Shown: piece after piece, positions 53,311 to 64,000 of the stretch
Numbering within the stretch: the stretch's first letter is position 1
How the letters are laid out: every line of letters starts with the position of its first letter
DNA from: the human T2T-CHM13v2.0 reference genome, Homo sapiens
Length of the DNA: 64,000 nt
Assembly (NCBI RefSeq): GCF_009914755.1
Contig: NC_060936.1
Strand: one strand, 5' to 3'
Program-made: the position numbers and the translations under genes
Notes under the pieces: model-generated
Told to the model about the DNA's origin: nothing
The model's database searches: none
Seen by the model: the letters and a program-made list of their open reading frames with translations, nothing else

Positions 53311-53332
53311 GGGGCGGGGGCGGGGGCGGGGG
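53311..53332 (+). promoter_or_regulatory. Tandem GC boxes (Sp/KLF) and G-quadruplex motif
   Basis: GGGGCGGGGGCGGGGGCGGGGG. Confidence 0.6.
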
Positions 53333-54243
53333 CTGCAGGACATCCTGTCTGGCGCCCTGGTCAGAGGGCCCCCCACATTTACATTGTTTGTGGGTACTAA
53401 ACTGTCTTGGGAGTTGGCAAAAGGCCATCAAGAACCAACTTGGAGCAAATCACATCCTTAGAATCTGGCTATCTCCCAGGACTGCTGGGCAGACCGCTGG
53501 GGAAAGGAAAGACATCCCTTCTGTGGAGAGTGGAAAGGACTCACTGCGCCTTCCTCAGCCCTTCCTGCTTCCTCCAGAGACCAGATTAGGCCCATCAAGT
53601 TCCCAGCCTTGTCAGTGGGCTTCATGGAGACCCCTCACCCGGGAATGCAGACCCTCTTGGCTTGCTCTGGGTGGCTCTAGGGATTTCAGGTAGTGCCAGA
53701 CCCACAGGGACTACTGGAGAGAGACACGTTGAAGACCGGGGAAAACTTGTGGATGAGGCAAGACTGCTTTTCTGTAGACTCTATGGAGCCTGGTGGGGCA
53801 CATAACTGAAACGTGGACACAGGAAAGGGCAGGAGGCAAGTCAGTTCCATTTCATCCTTCATTTCGTTCACAGAATTCTAAATTTGGGAGGGATCTTGGA
53901 TCTCATTCATTCTCCTACTGTATGCAGAAATCTAATTTTTACACCATCTTGAACAGATGGCCATCCTACAGATCTTAAAATTTCCAGATGCGGGGAGCTC
54001 AGAACCTCAGTGTGTACCTCCACACTCATTCCCCTTAGCAGGCCAACTCTAATTTTATTAAAGTTCCTTAAATCAAGCAAAATCAACTTCCTTATAACTT
54101 CCTGATTCTGCTGGCCTGAAACAACTCAGAAAATATCTATTCTGGTTTTGTTGTTGCTCCACCCAATGATTCTCATCCTCTAAACACTTAACGCCTATTT
54201 AATATTTAATGAATACAACTTGATGGATCTACATTGCATTATC

Positions 54244-54275
<32 letters not shown>

Positions 54276-55440
54276 TTTTTTTTGCCTAAGGCTCAGAAGG
54301 GCAGGGAGCATTTTTGAAGTTTGGAATTATGTACATAGTCAATCATACTCACGGGGTTTTTGATTTGGAGGTATTTAATTTTCTAAATGCATGAATATGG
54401 TTCCTTCTTTAACCTCCCACATGTATGTACATAGCTGCCTAACACAAAAGCTCAGGCCTATTTGGGACTCTCAGATGTACATACTCGGAGGGACACACCC
54501 AGTGTTGCTACCTACTAGGTCATGGTTAGATCAATCCAATACCAGGACACAGGCTTCTAGCTAGGCCTTTTGGGGATTGTCCCATAATTTGGTCCATAGT
54601 TCATGTAGCCCACACCTATACATTGTCACCACCCATCATAGTAATTACGGGAACAGGCTGCCCATCAAATGTAGCCTCCTTGTAATTGCTGGCCAGCAAT
54701 CTGGGTATCAGCCCCTTGAGAAGAGCTCCTAACCCTTAACCAGCGTAGAACGGGAATTTTCTCACCATAAGCTTCCCTTTTCTAATACTCTTCCCAGATC
54801 CGCCCAGGTGATCTTGAATTTCTGGACTGCACTTGCTATTCAGTAATCAAGGAAGCCCAAATATGGTTCCAGTTAGGGGTTTACTTGAATCTTCAGCACC
54901 CAGCCCCGACATACACACGTCCTGAGACTGCTCTTTGCAACAATTCAGTCCCTGGTGTCCTGCCTGGGTAAAACCATTTCCTTCAATTTACCTGGGAGAT
55001 TCACTGATACTAAAGCAGAAAGATGAAAGCACAAACACCTGTGGTGATTGCTGCTTCTCTCTTCCTTTTTAACAAAATGTTTGGGTCAAGGTTTTCTTTT
55101 GTGTTGTGGAGATGGCATTTCCCTGGAACTGCAATGGAATCCTCTGCTGTTGGTGCGCTTGGACTTACGTGGCTGTGACAGTTTTTCTATTTGCTGAGCC
55201 TGTTTCATGAATTGTTTCTTCAAACCGGGTAGTTAAACTAGAGAGCCCTTTCAGCACAGGTTGAAAGCGTGGCAAGAATCCTGGAGTAGATGTAAGACAG
55301 CTGACTAGGAAGACAGAGGGGCAGTGGTGTTATCTTGACGCTGCCATGTAACCACAGGCGAGGCACTTTTCTTCTTGCTTTCGGAAGTTGAACTTGGTGG
55401 TTCTTTCAGACCCCTTATGGCTCTGAGATTCTAAGATTCA

Positions 55441-55772
55441 CCCAGGCGTGGTAATCCCAGCTACTTGGGAGACTGAGGTGGGAGGATCACTTGAACCTAG
55501 GAGTTTGAGACCAGTCTGGGCAACATAGTGAGACCCTGTCTCTAAAAGAAGAATTTTAAAAAGCAGGGTGTGGTAGTGCATGCCTGTAGTCCCAGCTACT
55601 TGGGAAGCTGAGGCAGGAGGATTGATTGAGCCCCAGGGCTTTGAGGCTGTAGTCAGCTATGATTGTACCATTGCACTCCAGCCTGAGCAATGAAACAACA
55701 CCCTGTCTCAAAAAAAACAAAAACAAAACAAACCAACAAACAAAAACACCAAAAAAACGAAAAACAAAAAAA
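55441..55772 (+). mobile_element. AluJ
   Basis: gggaggatcacttgaacctaggag...gggcaacatagtgagaccctg...gctatgattgtacc. Confidence 0.9.
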
Positions 55773-58700
55773 TTAAGATCCTACCATTTCTATTTTGAGA
55801 TATCCCTTGCGCTGATGCTAGCAGCTGGCTTAATCTGTAAAAATTGATAGAAAAGTGAAATAGGGCAACGTGTGGCATTGAAAAGGGCATTTTGCAGAGG
55901 ATTCTCGTCTCCTGGGTGCCTTGAGGACCCACGGAGCCTCCTCTGCCCCATCCACTCACAGATTCTTTAGGTATGGTGTTCCCCGGACTTACCCTCAGCC
56001 ATGAGCATTCACTCGGCACTAGGAATAAAAGAAAGAGGTTTGAGTAATTAAACGTAAAGGGTGCCAGCTCAGATGAGGAGGGCAGGCTGAGTCTGTGAAG
56101 ACATTGACAACAGCAAAGCATTCACCAGGAACAGAATCAGGCTCAGGGAGAAACTGAGCTGGCTCTGGGAAAGAAACTCCACCCTCTTCTTGAGGAGGGA
56201 GACCCTGCAGCATGAAGGTGTGGTGTACAGGTGTGGACAGGAGCAAATGAGGAACAGTTTGAGAGGAGGAAGAGGAAGGTGCAACTAGGACAGGAGGGAG
56301 GGAGGGAGGGCAAGTGGGATGCTGTTTCCCAGGCCTGTGTGTTGAGGGAGGAGGCAGGCAGAAAGACCTAGAAGCAGGAGAAAAAGCTAAGTGGATAGAG
56401 AAAGACAGAAAGGGGGCAAAAGAGCAAGGGAGAAGTGATGAGGATGTTTCCCCTTCCATCCTTCCACTCTTGTTTGGGGACCACCCACCCTCAATGTTTC
56501 AAGGCAGTCCTTCGGTCAAAATTCGATTCTTTGTCCCCTGTGAAGAATCTTTTGTCGCATTGGCTACTTCTTGTTTTTTCAGGATGGTTGACACCTCTTT
56601 GGTATCATTTTAGTTTCCACTACATGTGCCCACCAGGCTGGAACCTCTTCAATGTTTCTCCTCTTCCAGGTCAGATCAGAGCTGAGAGCAAAACGGGGTT
56701 CTTGATCCTTAGACTTCTCATTTCAAAGAATCAAAGACCCTTCCCCAGGACGCTGGAGAAGGGGAGTTGGACAGAGGTTTGCAACCCTGAAACAACTAGT
56801 TTGGGGCAAGGCAGTGTGTTCACATTGATCTCAGAGAAAGCTCTGAAGCTGAGACCTGGAGCTTCCCTTTATTGAAAGATAGTCTCCATGTCTGGGTGGG
56901 GTGGGGACTCCTGTGCTGAGGGTTAGAAGGTTGCTCGGAGTTTGCAGGGGGATATTGTTCGGGTCTGTTTTGGCCAGGCAGGCTGGCTCTGCTGGGTGGG
57001 ACTTCTCAGCAAAACGACAGGGAGAAGCAGTGGCCTCGGAAGACCCTGTGTTTTTATAATTGGCACAGTTTTAAGGGGTATATGCTGACTCTCTGATTAA
57101 CTCAGAGAGGGTAGGAGGAAAAGAGAGAACAGTAGATCTGGTAGAAGTTCTAGAACTTCCACCAAACCCTAAGCCAAGAGACAGGAGAGAAAAAATCATG
57201 CCAGGTGGAAGAGCCCTGCCTGGAAGGTGCGAAATGGCTTCAGTTCTGATTCAATTCCATTTCTCCTTTGGGGACGTGCATTTCCTTCTTATCAAGGGGT
57301 TGGACTGAATGACCTCAATGCCTCTCAACCTCTAAAGAACGAATTGAAATGAAGCCCTGAGCCCACCTGATGGGTCTGGGGTGTCTCTAGGCGAGGGGCC
57401 TCCCCTCCCAGCTTGCCGCCTTCCAGGAGGCTGCAGCTTTGCTGGTTGAAGCATGTTGCCGCCATCTACTGTTGGTCCCACCCAAGCGCCGCTGGGGCCG
57501 GGCCACACCTAGGTTTTCTTCCCAAACCCCTAGTTATTATCTTGGCAACCTCTCCCTTGAAGACATTCTGGCTGCCAGAACACTCGTTTGTCAAAAGCAG
57601 AAGGCAACTCACGCTTCCGTCCTCGCCCAGGGAACATCGCCTGATCCCTTGACCAGCTGCAGTCTGGGGGAGTAGGCTGGGCCCCAACTTCACAGCCCAG
57701 GTCTGGCCTCAGTCTTTGCAGATGTTGCCCAGATCCACCCCTCCCCTGGACACGAAGGAGGACAAGCGGAAATAAGAGAGAGAGGTTATTCTTCTTGGGA
57801 GCATTTGCAAAAACAATATTCATGCCACTTGTTTGCCTTTAGCATAATTGTTGGCCCTCAGGCTCTGCCAGAGAAGCATAAAGCCCATTTCCCCGGCCCG
57901 AGCCTCTCATTTTACACAGAGGAAGAGACCAACCAACCAGGAACTGTGTGGCCCCCACTCTGTGCCTGGCACAGGCCTTCAGCCCTCATGCTAATCCTGT
58001 GAGGTCTACAGGTCACAGTTCAGACATGGTGGAGCCAGGATTGGAGCTGAGAATCCCTGCTCTGTGCTACTTTGAACTCTGTGCCTGTAGGAGCCACTGA
58101 CCAGAGAGGTTATGTGATTTTTCTAAAGTCAGAAGTTGGTCAGGGGCAGATTTATTATAAGAATCTGGTTCTCCAATAGGTTCTCTCTCTCTCATACAGT
58201 GTGCTTGCCCCACTCCCAACCCACACCTTGGCTCCTCACCCCTGACTATGTGAGACTCTGTGCTAGTCTACACAGCACCAGACCAACACGACTTGCTGTA
58301 TAATAACCCCCATTTATAATAGCCTGCATTTGGAAGATGAAAAAAATAATTGTTTTCCCTGCAGCATGTAGGTCCCTGTTACTTTTGCTGCTTGATTGAC
58401 GATGTTTCTCCTGGTTGTAAAAACTGCCCTGTATTTTCCAACATCAAGTCCTACCTGAGGTTCCTTCCTTCCACACCAAACATGAGCTATGCAGAGGCCG
58501 GAGGAAATGGCCCCTGAGAATCCTTTTTCTCCCCATGTTTCCCACGGAGAAATTAATCCCCTGCTTTCCCACCCCTGCATAAACACAATATTGAGAATGG
58601 AAAAGTACACTTGATATAAAACAACAATAACAATGGCCAGAGAGGCTCATCCAAGGTCTCATCCACTCAGCCTGCCTTTAATCCCAGTCTTTTCCTCCTC

Positions 58701-59904
58701 CAGACACATCCTCTCCGGCTGCCCCCAGAAGGGAGTGCTTCCTTTTCTGCTTTTGTGTTACATGCGCATCCATTTTGCCAACCAAATGATCCTTCATGGG
58801 AAACAAACACATCAAAACCAAACCAACAAAAGCAAAATGCTCCCGACTTGCGCAGAGGACAGAAAGGCTTTCGTGCCACCCTGCGTGGTGTCTTAGGAAG
58901 GAGAGGCAGCTGCGGAGTTTCAGGTGTCACGCTGAGGAAGGTGGTGTGGGGTCGTCTGACTCATGGGGGTCAGTTGACCAGAAGCGGCTACGCCTCTCTC
59001 TCTCCTCGTGCTTTGGAGGAAGCACCACGTCTTTGGTCAGATGCTGTGAGAAAGCTTTCTCCAAAGTTTACAGTTATCCAGAAAGAGATCAGAATCTCAC
59101 TGTCAGAAAAACACTGGCCAGCAAAAAGACAGGGAGTGTCTAGCAGTAATCTCAGGACTGTGTTATGACTTGACTGAGATTTTGAGATCTAAGGTGAAGG
59201 CCTCTGGTGAATCTTCTGATAACCTGGTAGTTCTGCTGTGAAGACAACCATGCTAGAAAGAGGAAGAATTAGTCTAGTCAGGTAATCTCACCGGCAGAAT
59301 TAAAAGTCATGGTGGTCGTTGCAAAGAGCACACTCGGACGTATTGTCAGAAAAATCTTTCTAATCGGGGAAGGGATCCTGGTAGGTAGTGAGCTCTCCAT
59401 GACTGGAGGAGGTTAAGCATGATTCAGATAGTTCTTTGGTCAGATTTGTAGATGACTTTCTTGAATTGAAAAGGAATTTTAAAGACCTCCCTCTTCAGTC
59501 CTGAGATTCTATAATTCAAAGAAGTAGAGAGAAAGATTAAATCTGCAGACAAACTAGTGTTTAGAAATTTAAGGCATTTTCTTTGCATTCACTTATTTCC
59601 TCTTGAACAAAAGGCAACACACACATATATACCCTTGTATATTCAAATGCACTCAGGAAACAGTCACATATTTACATAGGTATTTATATAGAAATATATA
59701 ACAAAGTTTGCATACAATAAGATGCTCAATACATAGTTGTAGTAAAGTATTAAGCAATTTCTGAAAAATAATAAAGGACTAAAGTCTATGTATGTTAAAA
59801 AAAAAAGGAAATATTTTCCCTCTATAATTCTGTGTTTATTATGAAGTCTTCAGTCATTTTGACATTGATTATTTTTCCATGGGGAAGAAAATATGGCCAT
59901 CCTT

Positions 59905-60440
59905 AATTCATTTATTTGTTCATTGAACAGATATTTATTTGGTACCTGTCACAGGCAAGACTCTCCCTTCAGGGACTTAAAATCTTAGGGCTGTCATCAG
60001 TGGTTTTAATAAAAAGCTATGTGAGGGCAATAGAAGAAGAGAGAAAAGAAAACTGCTCCTAACCTATGGATCTGGGAAGGCTTTTTAGAAGAGGTAGGAT
60101 TTTAGCTTGGTTGAAAAGAATTTGATAGACTGTCACTGAAAGAAGAATACAAAAGCAGAGCTTTTATTTTTGGAAATCCAAGTCCTGGGATTGCAAGGGC
60201 TGGCTTGAGGTGCGTGGAGCCTCTTTCCTGCTGATTGGTGGTGGTTAGAGGTGGGGGTTTGGAGGTTCTTGAGCAGGGGAGTGCCATGGTCAGATAACCC
60301 AGTAGCAGGGTAGAAGATATGTTAGAGGGGAGTTGTTCAGAGACAGGGTCATGGGTGAGGCTGATGCCATGGTCAGGCTAGGACCTGAACTGGACAGTAG
60401 CAATGGGAATAGAACATAAGGAAGGATGTGAGATAAGTAA
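59905..60440 (-). mobile_element. L2 fragment(s)
   Basis: attcatttatttgttcattgaacagatatttatt...gggaaggctttttagaagagg. Confidence 0.6.
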
Positions 60441-61229
60441 TGGAGGTAGAAACTCAGGGTAGGACTGTGATGTTTTGGGCAACAAAAGTGGAATGAGGGG
60501 AAGGGAAGATAGGACATTTGGCAGTGGTCATTACTGCTCTTTTCTCCCCAGAAAAATCCTGGCCTTTCTTAAGCTGCCAGGGAAATGCCAGCCAGATCCA
60601 TACCCTGCTTCTCAGAAAGCTCTCTCGTGCCCTTTTGTAGAGAAGGTCTCCATGATGCCTTTCATTCTGGGAGAATCTCACCCACTCTCAAATGAATCAT
60701 GGAAATTTGAGCCCTGAGGGCCTCCCCCAGTGTTTGCATCGTCTTCAGCTCCTGATTTCTGAGCATGCTCCCCTCCCACCCCTCAGCTAGGGCTAATTCT
60801 TCAGTGACTCAAGCCCCAGGATTTTGACCACTTCCTTCACTGGGGAAGTGGGTTTTTGGTTGCTCTATTCTATTGTGTTGCTCCCAGTTATTGTGTTTTA
60901 GGTCACTCTTAAAGAATTGCTGCTGCCGCCAGGCCCCATGGCAGTTCAGTGAACACACAGACTTCTGGACAGGAAGAAGTTATCTGACTCCTAGGTTAGC
61001 AATCAGGGAACCAAATTATGCACCTCTAAACTTCCCTTCTGGTCCTTAGAAGTCAATTCTTCTCAAAGTCTCTGCAGATTTAGTTACCCACCAGAAAAGG
61101 AAAGGCTCCCATGGGGGCCTGAGTAATTTCTCACTGGTCAGAGAACCCTAAAAGTGTTAGGCTGCCTGAACAAAGGCAACAAGGCAATGCATGGCAGTCT
61201 CAGGGCTGTGTTCCTTTGATTCTTTCATT

Positions 61230-61263
61230 TGTGTGTGTGTGTGTGTGTGTGTGTGTGGTGTGT
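61230..61263. repeat. (TG)n microsatellite
   Basis: Directly visible. Confidence 0.95.
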
Positions 61264-61379
61264 AAGAGGGAGGCAAGAAGCCAATAAAGATTTAAATGGA
61301 TGGAGATAACTTGAGAGGTTTGGTTATCCCTCTTTCCCTTCCCTCATGTCTCATATTAGTTAGTCCTTTAGAGCTATAG

Positions 61380-61633
<254 letters not shown>

Positions 61634-63834
61634 CTCAGGGTTATTTCTACTGACTATATTAGCTATTCTGTTAGCTAAGAACTTTATCTGAATACTGAAT
61701 GGTCAGTGTTTGTGAGGTTTGCATTAGAGCTAGGAGCACAAAGACACCTCTGCTCTAGTGTGGTCTGGGCAATGCAGAAAGAAAAGGAGGAACAGTGATC
61801 AGAAACAAAAGATGGTGGTCAGAGGTAGGGAACTGCAAGCCTGTCCGTTAGGGCAGAAAGAAGAACAGAAAAGGGATATCAGAGACCTGTGTGTGGCTCC
61901 GAGGTGCTGATCTCCATTTCTCTTAATAATACTTCTCTCCAGAGTCAACATACATGGGTCCTATACCTTCCTCAGTTTCCCACCCAGCCCCTAACTGCCC
62001 CTGTGCCATGTATGTTAGGTAGATGAGGCTTAAGAAGGAGATCATCCTCCACTCACAGTGGTGGGTACAGAAATGTGTTCCTGGCATCCACATAGAAGTC
62101 AGTGGATGGCCTGTTCTTTAAAAATGCAATGAATTGATAAGCTCTGCTGGCCTAGGTCTGGGAGTCTAAGCACCACAAATGAACGCTGTTATGAGCGTTC
62201 CCCTACAACTTTGGAACTGCTCAGTGCACCAAATGCTCTGCAAAAAGCGGGTCTTGCTTCAAAGTATTCAGAATTGCAATGCTGTGATTCTCTGCATCTT
62301 GGTTTGCGCTGCCTCACTAGGACTAGGGGTATGCTTTCCACTGGAGAGTGCCACCCATATCATTTTAGAGAGGGCTGAGGGAGAAGTCTACTATTGTTTT
62401 AGTGAAACACACTGCTAAGAAATAAGTAGTAGCCACCAATACTTCCAATGGTATAAATTCTCATAAATGGTATTTTTTTCAGTGCCTTTGTATGAAGCAA
62501 GATTCACAATGGGGCAGAGAATGAATCTCCCCACAAGCTACCTTGCAAGTAATGGGTGGGTGGAAGTTTCAGGAGCAGGGGTTCTTCTGTTTATTATACT
62601 CTGCTATTTGATAAATGCCCAGACATTTACCCATTAGTTACCGCTAATGGCTTTTTCATAAAGACCTCAGTGATCGCCTCCTCCCAGACTGAGGGTTTCC
62701 CTGGGGGCAGGAGGTATCTAGCACAGTGTAAAGACTGGGTAACTAGGGATGATTCAGCCCAGAAACTCAAGAAGATAACTCATTCTGTTTTCACCTGTGT
62801 TGGGGGGAAGGCCATTGAAAATAATGGAAGCCCCTCTAAACTGACAGTGAATGATATTAGTAAAACCTGACAAATAATGGGCCAGTGAAAAGATGGAGAA
62901 GTTGTAGCTTAAGCTAAACAGCCCCTCCTTCTGGCTGGATACAGCAGCTAAAAACAGAGAGAACTGTGTGTTTTGCACAAGACCGCTTGCTAACTCAAGA
63001 CATTTTGCTTCTTTCCGTGGTGAAAAGACAGGGAGGGCACCATCACAAAAATCTAAGATGAAAGAGAGTCGCTCTTTTGCTTGATTCTCACATCCATTCT
63101 TCCAGCCTGCAATGGGCAGGGCATATGGTCAGGTGGATCCAGGGGCCAGGCACTCGCACACACCACCAGGGCTGTGATGCATGGGCCCAGGTAGAGGTGC
63201 CGTGGGAGGGGTCATTGAGACAGAGAGTGTGAGCTGGGCAGAGGAAATCAGACTTGACTTTAGGGGTTACAGAGCAACCCAAGGAGACAAAATGCTGCTG
63301 AATTCCCAACAGCCTATCAGGGAGGGAATGTTTTCTGTGACTCATTTAAGTGGCCTCACTTGGTGGATTATATTCTGTTATTGGCCCCTCCAGCCCTTCC
63401 CCCTTTTAAGAAGAGGATGTTTGTAAATTAGAAGCAACAGGAACAAGAAAGTCATTTGAAGAGCCCGAGGAGGATTAAACATAAGTATTCGTTATGTAAT
63501 ATTTGTAATTCCCTGCAATCAGTCTGTTCCTTTCCCCATAGGGGGCAAGGAGATCAGGATCTGGTGAGGTGTGAATCTTGGGAGGTATGAGGAAGTTGGG
63601 CTGAGAAAGTGAACTTTCTCCTGGTCTTTCCTGAGGGTGTGCTCTTAGAGGTCTCCCCCCTTAAGGGGCAAGGGTTAGACAAATGACAATTTCTAAGAGG
63701 ACCGAAAGGATTGTATACACCCTGCCTCGTGAACTAGACAGCAGATATCTTATTACTTGCACTTAACATGGGGCAGCCTAGCGATTGAGTAACTGGGTTG
63801 GGTTGACAACAGCTACCCGGCTTCACTTATGAAT

Positions 63835-64000
63835 AATAGTAATAATAATAACCGCAGCTAAAGCAACCCCATTATTAGTAGCTGCCATGTGTCAGACACT
63901 AGGTGTTTTACATAAACAATCTGAATTCATCCTCACATTTCCCTTTGCAATTGACATTGCGACTTCCACTTTCTAAATGAGGAAACAGATGAGCGGTCAA
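63835..64000 (-). mobile_element. MIR SINE, runs off the window end
   Basis: atgtgtcagacactagg...aattcatcctcaca...aaatgaggaaacaga. Confidence 0.7.

Overview
Repeat-rich primate, almost certainly human, genomic DNA with no supportable protein-coding exon; the ORF track is noise from Alu, L1 and microsatellite sequence. I recognise 51022-51168 (+) from memory as the non-coding first exon of EMP1 (epithelial membrane protein 1, 12p13). The window is therefore about 51 kb of upstream intergenic/enhancer DNA, a non-CpG-island promoter with TATA-like, AP-1 and TEAD motifs, and about 13 kb of intron 1; the coding exons lie beyond the window end. Repeats include about 13 Alus, a complete MER11-type (HERV-K11) solo LTR with a 6-bp TSD, a nested MIR>MLT1>L1 stack, old L1M/L2/MIR/MER fragments and microsatellites. 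I found no new protein-coding or prokaryote-type system. The least explained signals are: three short segments copied from 1.6-2.5 kb away into unrelated old repeats, one joined to a perfect 20-bp fold-back (locally templated insertions); a tailless 29-nt U2 snRNA retrocopy with a CpG-decayed TSD; a 43-bp TSD-flanked micro-insertion; a candidate spliced, polyadenylated lncRNA at about 29.8-31.5 kb; and several clean regulatory motifs (HSE, CLEAR+AP-1, NF-kB, G4). Boundaries and subfamily calls for old repeats were made by eye and are approximate.
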